From assembly GCA_012295275.1 (NCBI GenBank), contig CM022673.1:13640001-13704000 (forward strand): a stretch of DNA of 64,000 bases, given 5' to 3'. Each line of letters begins with the position of its first letter. Position 1 is the stretch's first letter. The stretch is from Chrysomallon squamiferum. Lineage: Eukaryota > Animalia > Mollusca. A model generated the notes under the pieces. That model saw nothing but the letters and a program-made list of their open reading frames with translations, did not search any database and was not told where the DNA came from. Position numbers and translations under genes: made by a program. Below, one piece after another: positions 42,833-56,278 of the stretch.

Positions 42833-43142
42833 AATTTTAACGTAACAGCTGTCGCTGGTTTAACAACTGTCTTCAGTATATTACAAATAATCTGTTTTTA
42901 AGTCCTCAGTAAGATTATGCTTATTGCGTCTGAATTATTTGTACTTTGAAATACGCCTTCTGTGTCAAGTTCTGAATGTTCTCGTTGAAACGAGTAAAAG
43001 AAAAATCGTTGGAGTTTCTTTTGAAACTGAAATGAAGAGTTAATCATGGTATGGGAATTCATTTCCACAGGTTGCTAAATAGAACTCATCAGCATTAATG
43101 AGCCTATGTATCAAGAGATAATCCCTGACAGAGCTGTTGTCA
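42833..43142 (+). mobile_element. Internally deleted Tc1 relic B
   Basis: Matches 31150-31357, then jumps at a GAAG microhomology (~43035) to sequence homologous to ~32156-32260. Confidence 0.7.
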
Positions 43143-43461
43143 TGCATTACCATGCCATGCCTCACGGAGCACGTACTGACACCAAAATAGTTATGTTGGG
43201 ATAATTCCATTGAGATAATGCTTCGGCCGGTTCCAGAAGACACCGCAGAAAAATCGTGATCGGACGAAGAAACTAGTTTTACGATTAACGCCAACTGAAA
43301 TACATTTTTATTTTCATAATGATGATGCTATTTCTGCCTCAAGTGCAACTACCACCACTGCTATACTAATATTGCTGATACTACTACTACCACCACTATT
43401 ATTATCATTAACATCATGATCACCTCCTCTTCCACTCCTCTTCCTCCTCCTCCTCCTCCTC

Positions 43462-43492
<31 letters not shown>

Positions 43493-43777
43493 CTGAGATA
43501 TTTTAAAATTATGCACGCCTGTCTGGGACTCCTTGACGAATTTGACGACTGGTTCGTTTAAATAGTTGTCTACAATCTACATAAATAATTAAAAATATAT
43601 TTGTACACAATTCTTTAACTGAGAAATAAGAATATGTGTGTGTGTGTGTATGTGTGTGCGCGCGCGTGTGTGTGTGTGTGTGTAATATATAACTTGTTGT
43701 CATATTATTGCTAATTCAGTTTACTGTAATTCATATTGCAGACTTCGGGTTAACGGCTGATAAAAAACAAAGCGGCC

Positions 43778-44631
43778 ATGTTTGTTTCTGGAAAATTGAT
43801 AGCAGTCACGACGATATTGATAGCGTATGGCCTGTTCACGTCTGTCGCCATTTTTATTTACGTCACATGTACGGTAAAGGTTAAAGAAAAGTCTAACTTT
43901 ATTGTACGAATAAAGAATCTTTTGTTAGAAAACAAAGAAAACGAGACGATGAATATTTTTATGTTTGACGACCACAATCACGATTTCAGTGCTGAAAATC
44001 GAGTTAATGTGTGTGAAATTTTTGACGTCATCAAATCTGTTGACATCACAGTAAATACCTTGAACTCACAGCTGTTCTGTGACGACAAAGCCTATTCTAG
44101 CGACCTCGTTTGTAGATGGTTCTTTTACCAAGTTGACCTCCCAGAAAACAACATGTGTAGAAGAACTTCAAAAGACAACGTTGTGCCAAAAATTGTTTAT
44201 TTTGTCATCTTTGGCACTTACACGTTCAGATTCTGGGAATATGTCAGTGTTCTTAGCGCAAAGAAGTTCATCAAACCAACCGGAATTTATGTCATCGGTG
44301 ACGCCCATCCCATAGGTTTCTGGTGGGAACGGGTACTGCGTGACATCAAAGGTATTAGATTTATCTATCGAAAGCAGCCGAAGATTGGAAAATGGCACGT
44401 AAAATGGAACCATCACTTGTCAGACGTCACCAGACTTCAGATTTTACTCGGTATCTTGTTTCTAGTTCTGTTAAACAGTTTAATTCATCACTCTAGTGAC
44501 TCACAACATTAAACACAACACAGCAGTTTCAAACATCTCACTTTAAGAATAAGAACACAACAACAACAACAACAGCAATAATAATAATAATAACATGAGT
44601 AGGAATAGTAGTAGTTATAATAATATTAAAC

Positions 44632-44664
<33 letters not shown>

Positions 44665-45266
44665 TCACTGAATGACGATAAAGGTTTGAAACAAGCTGTG
44701 TTCATACATTTTAAACTAATCAATATTTTTATTTTAAACTCTTTATTTTAGGCAGACTGTTTTTTGTTTGTAACTTTTTTAACTTTCTAATTGCAGCAAA
44801 TGGTGGCATTTACATGGACACCGATATGGTAATAATACAATCTCTGGATCCGCTGCTCAACTATGACATCACGATGGGTCTCGTGGAGAATGCAACGGGG
44901 ATGGGAAACGCCCTAATTTTAGCCAGACGAGGTTCACCGTTTGTCAGAAAGTGGTATGAAGAGTACCGATTTTATAAGCACACGGATTTTTACAGAAACT
45001 CTATGCAGATACCTAGAATGATGTGGATTAACAATTCTAAATCTATTCATCTGGAGTCTGATAGGTTTTACAGGCCAAAGTGGTTTGAGGCAGATCTTCT
45101 TTTCAATGCAAGTGATTTTCCTTGGAGAAACAATTATGCCATTCATCTCTGGACGTATGGAAATCGAATCCCGAAAAGTCCCAGTGATTTGGAGAACAAA
45201 AATACGACTGTTGTACAGCTGTTTAAATATGTACTTTATGAAAACAGTGAGGACAGTTCTTTATAG
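43778..45266 (+). CDS. GT32-like DXD glycosyltransferase, copy 5, 380 aa; exons 43778-44450 and 44797-45266
   Basis: CTCG|GTATCT donor and TTGCAG|CA acceptor give LQILL-A-NGGIYMDTDM; divergent C-terminal half. Confidence 0.92.
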
Positions 45267-45390
45267 CTGATAGGCTGAGTGACATATAGAGTGTTAGAAA
45301 GAAAGAAAGAGTGAGACATAAAGTAATGGAGAGAAAGAGAAAGAAAGGGTTAGATAAATAAAAACAGAGATATAGAGAAAAACGAAAACG

Positions 45391-45785
<395 letters not shown>

Positions 45786-46664
45786 TATATATATACATAG
45801 AATATTTAAATATTTTTATAACTACTGTTTGGTGACAGACTTTTCTCACAAAAAACGATGTTTGAAGAATCAGTTATTCTCTGACAAACTTAGAACCAGC
45901 ATGTTTGAACTGAACATGAAAGGCAGACAGCAGTGCAGGTTTTTAGTTAGTCAGCTAACAAACAAATAAAATACAAACAACAGCTTGCAGCCTCCTGTTA
46001 CCACTGACATTTCTTTCTCACGAGTAACTGCAGCAGATACTGAGATATGTATTTCTTCACGAATGATTTTATTTGTGTTATTTTTATCTTTTTAAATAAA
46101 ATAACAAAGAAAAACACCAAAAAATAAACAAGAAAAACAAACAACAAACTAGTAACAAACCAAAGATTGTAAAATTTGAATAATACAAGAATTGTTCTAA
46201 AATGCCTAGACCATCATTATCATCACAAAGATAATCATAGTAATTATTACTTTTTATTTGCCATTGTTTTTATCATCACGCTGTTTTGTCTCTTTTTAAA
46301 ATGATAAAAACAAGCTGGTCTTGCTATTTTAAGCAGCTTTTTCATTTGACAGTGACCGTTTTTATTTTATACAATACCAATTTTCCGATATTCGTACTTA
46401 AATGTCAGTATGTAAGTACGTACGTATGTACGTATATATGTATATATGTGTGTATGTTTAAATATATATGTATCTATTGTATTGCATTGCATTGCATATA
46501 TGTATTGTAAGTATGTATTGCATGTATATATTTATACATGTGTATGTGTACATAAGATAAATTTAAGTCTAGAAAGTTAAAAGTTAACAGTATCAAAGTC
46601 CTATTTATTTTTAACAGACCTCATTTAGTTTGGGAATTTTATTTTTATTTTTTTATTTCACCGA

Positions 46665-46700
<36 letters not shown>

Positions 46701-47000
46701 GGTGTTATTTTTTGTTTGTTTTTTATTATTTCATTGTATAATTTATTTTATTTTATTTTTTTTATTTTAGATCATTGTTGATTTTTTGAAATGTCAATAT
46801 TCAAGATGGCTGACACATAACTGTCATTCAGCAGACATGTCTGAACTTTTTTCAAACACAGAGTCTTGTTTTTCTGTAATCAAACTGGAAGAATGTAAGC
46901 AAAGCAACAGGGAAGCCAAATTCTTCATAAAAGTGATACAGTATTCATAATAATATTATTACTATTATTATTTTATTACCATTGTTAATATTAATATTAA

Positions 47001-47065
<65 letters not shown>

Positions 47066-47112
47066 GCAGTAGTAGTAGCGGTAGCTGTGTTGCTGTTCTG
47101 GTGTTATTATTA

Positions 47113-47231
47113 GGGCGGTGTAGCAAAACATTCCCCCGCCCGAAATGCTCTACAGTGAGCTTTCCGGGGGAGTGTTTTGAGGTGAAGGATGTTTTGGGGT
47201 GGGGGGATGTTTTGAGGATTGCACATCGGCC
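47113..47231. repeat. GC-rich inverted-repeat element (MITE-like relic/hairpin)
   Basis: CAAAACATTCCCCCG (47124-47138) pairs with CGGGGGAGTGTTTTG (47165-47179), with one G-T pair. A further GGGGGGATGTTTTG copy lies at ~47201-47214. Confidence 0.55.
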
Positions 47232-48553
47232 TTGTAGTAGTTGCGGGTCCCAGCTGGTAAACCTTGTGAAAACAACGCAAACTGTAATGAATAACTAGCT
47301 GTATTAAGTCGCAAAGGATTGAGAAGTCTTAAACGTTAACTTCTCTTTGAAGTCTTTTCTGAAGCATTCCAATAAACATAATTCTGATGAAATAAAATAT
47401 TCTTGGTTTTCAGCCATTTGTTGTTGTAATTCATATAATTAATTTTAAGAACAGAAAATATATAGCTTCCATATTATTTATGTTGTCGTTTTCCAGGAAA
47501 ATAATGGTAGAAGCATACCTGTAAAACAATAAAAAAACAACAAAAAAAACCCCTTCAAAATCTTTCAAAAAACCCAGCAACAACAACAACAACAACAAAA
47601 GACCATATTTTTATTATTTTGGGTTGAACAAATATGGTGATAATAATAATAAGTGAGGTTTTTTTTTTTTTTTTCAAAGCGGTTAAGGTTTTTATTTCGA
47701 TTCGATTTTAAATACAATAATGTAAAATAATACTTAAAATATTGATTATAACAGAACAGTGTGATATATTTATATACATATAAATACCATAAAAAGAAAA
47801 AATAGAGAAAAAACCACAGGTTCTTGTATAGGAGAGTAAATAAATAAATAATAAAAATAAAATAAAACAACAAAAACAAAAATTGTTCTGTTTCTGTTTG
47901 CGGAATGGAATATCGACATTACATTAGAATGAAAGAGTTTCGCTGTATAAATAAATAAATAAGTAAACAAATTAACCAGCATAAATGCGAAACAAAAATA
48001 TAACTTAAAATAAAATGGGTAATACTATTTATACAATTATCTGATAAATAAAGCCAGAGTGATGCATAAATGAAAAGTAAATTAAAATTAACTACGAAAG
48101 AAAAGGACTAAACGAAAAAAAAAAAAAACCAAAAATATAACAAAATATTAACAAACAACAACAAAAAAACTAGATTTTATAAAATAATAATAAAAATAGT
48201 CAGTGTTAAAATCTGTAAAATGAATGTTATATAGAAACCTTATTTGTGTGATGGAAGAGTTGAAATACTGAGACGAGATCGGTTAATGATCGACAGAGCT
48301 GTAGAGCGAAGTACGTGGAATGTGCTGTCCTGTCAGGAAGTAAAATATTGCTTGTCATGTAGTCTTAGTCGTCGTACTACTGGCTCATAAAAATACGCAA
48401 TCAATCAAACAATAATATACAAAAAAATAATAATAATTTAAAAAATTATCAATATATTTACTATAAGCACAGCTAATATCGATTTAGGAAGGTAATTTGC
48501 TGTGATTATCAGATTTTACCAAGGTTTGCGCGTAACACAATATGTCTCATAAC

Positions 48554-48904
48554 CGAGATGTGAAGTAAAGTATGAAGTGAAATGTGATGTGACGTATGAA
48601 GTAAGATGTGATGTGACGTATGAAGTAAGATGTGATGTGACGTATGAAGTAAGATGTGATGTGACATATGAAGCGAGATGTGATGTGACGTATGAAGCAA
48701 GATGTGATGTGACGTATGAAGCGAGATGTGATGTGACGTATGAAGCGAGATGTGATGTGACGTATGAAGCGAGATGTGATGTGACGTATGAAGGAAGATG
48801 TGATGTGACGAATGAAGCGAGATGTGATGTTACATACGAAGCGAGATGTGATGTGACATACGAAGCGAGATGTGATGTGACGTATGAAGTAAGCTGTGAA
48901 GTGA
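48554..48904. repeat. 24-bp minisatellite (GATGTGATGTGACGTATGAAGCGA), ~14 copies
   Basis: Period 24; accounts for the SHLASYVT/RCDVTYEA pseudo-ORFs. Confidence 0.95.
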
Positions 48905-49040
48905 GGCGAGAAGAAAACTTCATTTGAACTTTTGATTTCTTTAGCAATTCTTCACTAGTTGTCCGTATACTAAACATTTTTTACAGTTATGTAGATTTAG
49001 ATATTTTCATTTTAAGACTAGCATGGATAATTCAAATATT

Positions 49041-49164
<124 letters not shown>

Positions 49165-49509
49165 CCAATTAGTGGTTGACTTACTGACTGGATGACAAAT
49201 TGACTAACTGTTGATTAAGTCACTGTCTGATTGTTGACTAACTTCAGACTAATAGATTAGCTGAGTAACTGACTATCTAGTTGATAAAGTGATTAACTGA
49301 CTAACTAGGCTAATTGATAACTGACTAACTGACTAATCGACTAATTCTCTAGCTGATAAAGTGACTAACTCAAGACTGTATTGCATTTAATACACTAACG
49401 TCATGAAATAATTTGAGAATACTTCCTGACGGCTTTTTCAGAGTTATATATTACGTATTTCAGAGTTTAAATCTCAGTCGAAGTCGAACTGTTTTGAGAA
49501 TCGTCTGCT

Positions 49510-51073
49510 TCAAGAATCCGAGTCAGATTCCGAGCTCCCGTATAAGACGTGTTTAAAGATCTGAACAACAGTCGTGTTTCTGTTGTTCAGCTCGGCAGGA
49601 GAACTCGGCACTCTTTTTCCGTTCGTCCAGACATGCACGGCGAAATTGTTTCTCCACGGATAATCGTTTTTCTCGAACAAAAGATCCGCCTCAAACCAGT
49701 TTGGCCTGTAAACTAGATCGGATACTAGATTAACGGATTTGGGATTTTTAATCCACATGTCTCTTGGCACCTGAAGGGAATTCCCGAACAGCTTTTCCCT
49801 TTTGAAATGTGTGTACTGTTTGTACCACTCTAGAACGAACGGTGACCCCCGTCTGGCTAAAATGAATGCGTTGCCCATCCCCGTGGCGTTGTCAAGAAGT
49901 CCCAGAGTTATCTCGTCATTCAATAACGAATCCACGGGCCGTATTATAATCATATCTGTATCCAGATAGATTCCGCCATTAACTGAAAGGAAAACACAAT
50001 TAGTAAGAGCTTAAGCTTATTATTAAATCTGTAGTGGAGGGTGTGAGTAATGAGGTATTGAGAGTTTCTACACGAAACTAAGTCTTTATAAGTAACAAAA
50101 AGAAATGGATCTCCACTCTCGACTGTTTTCTTCATATTCAATTTCGGTTTACATAATAATCTATCTATGTGTCTATTTATCTAATCTAATCTATCTATCT
50201 ATCTATCTATCTGTATGCTGTAAGTCTGTCTATCTATCTATCTGTCTGTCTGTTTATCTGTCTAGCTATCTATTTATCCATCTATCTATCTATATATCTG
50301 TATATCTGTCTATCTATCTATCTGTCTGTCTCTATCTCTCTATATATCTGTCTGTCTATCTATCTATCTGTTAACACGACAAACAAACCTAGTAAAACCT
50401 GAAGTCTGACGACATCTGATAGGTGTTGAATCCATTTCACCGTCCAGTTCCCAATCTTTGGTTTCTCTCTGTAAATAAATCTCACACCCTTGATGTCACT
50501 CATTACCCTCTCCCACCAAACTCCTTTTGGATGAGCATTACCAATAACGTATATAGCTGAAGGTTTGATGAACTTCTTTGCGCTAAGAACACTGATATAT
50601 TCCCAAAATTTGAACGTGTAAGTGCCAAAGATGACGTAATAAACTATTTTAGGTACCATGTTGTCTTTAGAAGTTCTTCTACACATGTTGTTTTCTGGGA
50701 GGTCAGCTTGGTAAAAGAACCATCTACAAACGAGGTCGCTAGAATAGGCTTTGTCGTCACAGAACAGCTGTGAGTTCAAGGTATTTACTGTGACGTCAAC
50801 AGATTTGATGACGTCAAAAATTTCACACACATTAACTCGATTTTCAGCACTGAACTCGTGATTGTGGTCGTCAAGTATAAAAACATTCATCGTCTCATCT
50901 TCTTTATTGTCAAACAGAAGTGTTTTTATTCTTCGAATGAACCCGACATCTTGATTTAAATGTTCTTTTATTACTGCATGGCGTGAGAGATAGAATATTA
51001 TAATTAGTGACGTCAGCATTCCGTACACTATCATCAGCACCATCATTGAACAGAAGTTTGGAAAGACGCTCAT
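49510..51073 (-). CDS. GT32-like DXD glycosyltransferase, copy 6 (inverted), 385 aa; exons 51073-50389 and 49982-49510
   Basis: CTAG|GTTTGT donor and CTTTCAG|TT acceptor give LQVLL-V-NGGIYLDTDM; TM anchor; upstream acceptor at 51113. Confidence 0.92.
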
Positions 51074-51116
51074 GGTTGTTCGATGTATTATCTTATGTAT
51101 CTCTGGTTACAGCTGA

Positions 51117-51202
<86 letters not shown>

Positions 51203-51743
51203 AAGTAGTAGAAGTAGTAGTAGTAGTAGTAGAAGTAGTAGAAGTAGTAGTAGCAGTAGTAGTGGTAGCAGTAGTAATAGTAGTAATAATAACCACAGCA
51301 ATAATAATAATAACAATAATAGAGAGTAATCAGATTTAGACAATAATAAGAAGACGAAAAAGACGAAGAAATATGTAGATTTTAGTAATAGCGCTTAGAA
51401 CACAGAGTTATATTTAACAACTAGGCTATGGCATTACGATCTCGACATTATTTTTATTTCGACAATCTCTAAGGTCTTTGTCTCCTTTCCTTTAGCTTAT
51501 TTGTTATCATTATATTGTCTTCTACCTCCTTTTTCTCTTTCTCAGTATCTTTTTTCAATTTTTCTCTAACCTATAGTTCATCATTATTATCATCATCAGC
51601 ATCATCGTCGCCATTATCATCATTATTATTATTTTCTACAATTCCATACCAACGAAATTTTATTAATCGAAAAATACTTTGTCCTTTTTGCTACATTTTA
51701 AGGAGCTAAAAGACTTAATTAACCATCTGCAGTAAGACGAATG

Positions 51744-52104
51744 TACACAATTTACATATAACAGTACTTCACAAGTTAAATACTGTTGTCTTGAACTAAG
51801 ACTTACATACAAAATTTACATATAACAATACTTCACAAGTTAAATACTGTTGTCTTGAACTAAGACTTACATACAAAATTTACATATAACAGTACTTCAC
51901 AAGTTAAATACTGTTGTCTTGAACAAAGACTTACATACAAAATTTACATATAACAGTACTTCACAAGTTAAATACTGTTGTCTTGAACTAAGACTTACAT
52001 ACAAAATTTACGTATAACAGTACTTCACAAGTTAAATACTCTTGTCTTGAACTAAGACTTACATACAAAATTTACATATAACAGTACTTCACAAGTTAAA
52101 TACT
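51744..52104. repeat. 64-bp tandem repeat, ~5.6 near-perfect copies
   Basis: TTTACRTATAACA recurs at 51751, 51815, 51879, 51943, 52007 and 52071. Confidence 0.95.
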
Positions 52105-52792
52105 CCTGTTTCTTCTGATATTCTGTATCTTTGCCTCATCTACTTACATTCAGTAGTTAATATACCAGCCAGCAAGGAGGACTTTTTTTTAACAGCAGAT
52201 GTAAATCTGAGTATTTAATACTTTCATTTGAATGTTTTATTTATGGATATTGGATAATGACGTGGAAAATGTTAGATTTATAGAACCGCGTGCACACTTG
52301 ATGTCGTTAAGTATGTTGACGCCTGCTTATTTTCGTTTGACAAACTATTTAATTATTTACATTAAGACATGTGTGTATATTTGCACATTATTAGGTATAC
52401 AAAAAGCAACAACAACAACAAAAAAAAAAAAAAAAAAAAAAAAAAAAGACAACCCAATAAACAACATATGCGTCGTTTCACGAATGACTAACAGCCCTCT
52501 GAGTGCTTCATGCAAATATTTATGCAATCCATCTAATTCGAAATTTTAAGCACAGGACAGAAACAGTCTGATCTAAGGATGCCGAGACACACGCACACGC
52601 AAACCTACATATATAGACGCAAAATGACACAAAAACATGCACACTTACGTGCAAATGTACGCAACATGCGTATCTGTGTATGTGTGCGTGTGTGTTTGTA
52701 TTTGTGCCTGCATGTATGTGTGTCTACTTGAGCCATTCTTCCTCTTATGCACTTATTCATTCTTTCAAAATCAAATTATTACGTTTATTACG

Positions 52793-52837
<45 letters not shown>

Positions 52838-53103
52838 TTATTTTATTTTTATTTATTTGTTCACGTCTCGTTTCGGAAATATATTGATATAAAAATGCAG
52901 AAGCTTTGAAAAAAAATATCTCAAGTATAAATTACGATTTTATTTGCTTTTCAAGGCTAATGGGAAATCAATGCACTAAAAGTGAGAAAGTGGAAACGTG
53001 AAACTTGGATGGAGTAAAGTTACATAATAAAGATATGCAATGTCCGTGTTATGCACTTATTTTAATATGCAATATGTTAATTGGATAATTATGCCAGACT
53101 TTG

Positions 53104-53217
<114 letters not shown>

Positions 53218-55181
53218 AATGACAAATATAGAAACAACAAGCAGAAACAAATTTGCATATTTATTTAAAACGCATTTATATATATATTTACACAAACACA
53301 ATAATACTAATATGAACTACTCAGTTTAAATTAATAATAAAAGATAAATGCATAAAAAGAAACAAAATCATAATGATTATTATTATTTTATATATATTAT
53401 TGTACATAGCAAGATATTAAATATAAAATAATGATAAGAATATACATTATTATATCTATGAACACATTCACACATCAAAAACAGCTAAAAGGGATAAAAA
53501 CAAGATATATTTACTTGGATGTAAAAATAACATATTCTTTAATATATATATATATATGAATGAAAAAAGGTTCTTTCAAAAGAAAGTAAATAAATAATAA
53601 ATTAAATTTTAAGACAAACAAAAAATTGTGTTTTTTTTGTTGTGTGTTTGGGAATCGAGTGTCGACATTACATAACGTTATTTGAGGGAGATAACTCCTG
53701 TCAGATTAATATTAAAATTGTCTCCTTACACTACTGGATAGATTAACAAAAAATCGGAAAGTGCAAAAACACGTTTGATTGCTAAGAATAAAGAAGAAAA
53801 GACTGTAGAATATGGGTAGAACACTAATATTGGGAACAGACTGGAAAACATTCCAGTGATCTGTTATTACAAGTTTCTACCTCTCTATGTAAATCTCCTT
53901 TCTTGAGATCACCAGTGACTTTCCTGTTAACAGCTGCAGATGGTGTGGAACATAAAATAAAACCATTTTCACATTTACCAAAACTGTCAACTCTTTCCAC
54001 AGACCTGTCATCTGTATGTCTTCTTTATATTCATTTATGTGTTTCCTGACTTTCTCTTGTAAACTGTACCATCATTGGTAATGTTTCTATACTGGCTTGT
54101 TTAATCTGATATGTCAATAATAATGTTTGTGTTTAAACTGACATGATGAGATTAATGTTTCTTCAACCCTCATTTCAGTTAATTTGTCATATACAAGAAT
54201 GTTGATTCTTAAAGTGTCTATAAGTTGTCAAATTCAGATGACTCTAAAATAACCTCTCAGAATTTATAAGTTAAGCACATAAAAATATCTGTAAAGTTAC
54301 TGTCTTTATTAGCTGACTTATTGTAAACTGATCTCAAGTATGTGTCTGAACAGTTCCGGTAATCTGAATCATTGAAAAATTGTAAAGTGGTTATTTTAGT
54401 TACTTTGTTTTATATATGTGTGCGTGTGTGTGTGTGTGTCTGTGTGTGTGTACAGTAAGAAAAATCATGTTTAGTAATAATAAACATGTCTAAATAAAGA
54501 ATTTACATTTGTCTTTTTTCAACAGAAGTAATTTATATCAAATGAAAAATTATGGCTTTTACAAACGTTACAGTAACTGTGATTTTTTATATATATTTAA
54601 GAATTACATATATATCTTTTGGCAGATTTTAAATGTATGAAAAAATAAAATAAATAATATATATATATATATTATTATTATGCATAGCAGGACTGTAATT
54701 TCTTCTTTGTACATCAATTGCAGATCTAAAATAAAATATATTTATATATATAAATATATCTATCTACAAAAGATATGTAAAGTAATCCGCTATCAATAAA
54801 TAAATTAATTAATGAATAAATAAGTAAATGATAAATGAATAAATAAGCAAAATAATCAACAAATAATCAGTCAATGAAACAAAAACAGTTAATTTTTTAA
54901 TTTAATTTAATTTTTTAATAATTTATTCAGAAATCACATATTCTTCAGAACATTTAAAAATACGAAATATTGCTTTACATAATTAAAATAATAATAATAA
55001 TGAAAAAATACAAAGCTATGCACAATTAAAAAAAAAAAAATAATAATTAAGAATTTACTGATAACGCAAAAATTAAGAGAATTAAAAAAATAAAACCTTT
55101 TTTGTAAAATAAAAATAACAATTTACTACAAGTGAATAATAATGATTATATTAATTACCTTGGTTTTGTTTTCTTTCTCAC

Positions 55182-55569
55182 TTAAAGGCACATAACACAG
55201 CGAAGAAACTGGATTAAGAAATAATCATTTTAATAAGTACTTGTAATTTACAACAGCAATATCTGGATTAAGAAATAATCATTTTAATAAGTACTTGTAA
55301 TTTACAACAGCAATATGTGCAACACAAACATATATGCATGCTTACATATACACAAAAAAACACACACACAAAACACAAATTCACACACATGCACACACAT
55401 ACACACAGAGATATGTATGAACAATATAACAGTAAAATATTTATTTGTTGATGTTCTTAAAATATTTATTAGAAGTTATAACACTTACATCATCATATTC
55501 AAACATTGTCCTTCCTGTTTCATTATCATTTGTCATACTGTCTCGAGTGCGGAAAGCATCTAAGAATAA

Positions 55570-55600
<31 letters not shown>

Positions 55601-55684
55601 TAATAATAACAATAACAATAATAATAATAATAAAAATAATATTAAAAATAATAATAATAATAATAAAAATAATAAAAAATAATA

Positions 55685-55725
<41 letters not shown>

Positions 55726-56181
55726 TAATAATAATAATTTTTACAAAATAAACAAAAATAAAAATTAATTAACAAAATGTTTATGGTCACAGTTATAATA
55801 ATTTATAAAACACAGTAAGTTATTTCCCTTTAAAAATATCAAATAGAAATTGTTTTGTATTAAATCACTTACTTGTAAACTTAAATTAAAATAAAATAAA
55901 AATAAAATAAAATAAAATAAAGCAAACTATAAAATAAAATAAAATAGATAAATTAAAAAAATAAAATAAAATAGTGCAAAAAAATATATAAATAAAAAAA
56001 ACAATAAAAAGAATAAAAAGATTTGACCTGTGAAAGCTCTCAGTCTAACACACAGAGACACAAAGTCGTCAAACGCGATGAGACAGCGACCCCCAGCAAC
56101 AACTCTAGAATATCTCTTTAGAATTGTCTCCAGAGTCTGTGGACTGATCTTGTACCCTGAAACATAATAATAATAATAATG

Positions 56182-56278
<97 letters not shown>

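Larger units (their letters stand above)
25620..43040 (+). repeat. Recent tandem segmental duplication, three ~5.8-kb units containing GT copies 2, 3 and 4
   Basis: ATG spacings of 5875 and 5821 bp. Introns, 3' flanks and intergenic DNA are near-identical (e.g. 28739-31350 vs 34713-37180 vs 40595-43035; identical shadow ORFs at 31245 and 37069). Confidence 0.92.

Noticed and set aside
48509-48977. Repetitive ORFs (SHLASYVT)n / (RCDVTYEA)n as a repeat protein or CRISPR-like array
   Set aside because: A 24-bp unit without stops opens several frames on both strands; there are no unique spacers and no splice support.
54720-55160. Possible intron in the PEF 3' UTR (AAG|GTAATT at ~55158 on minus)
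   Set aside because: Only weak motif evidence in very AT-rich DNA.
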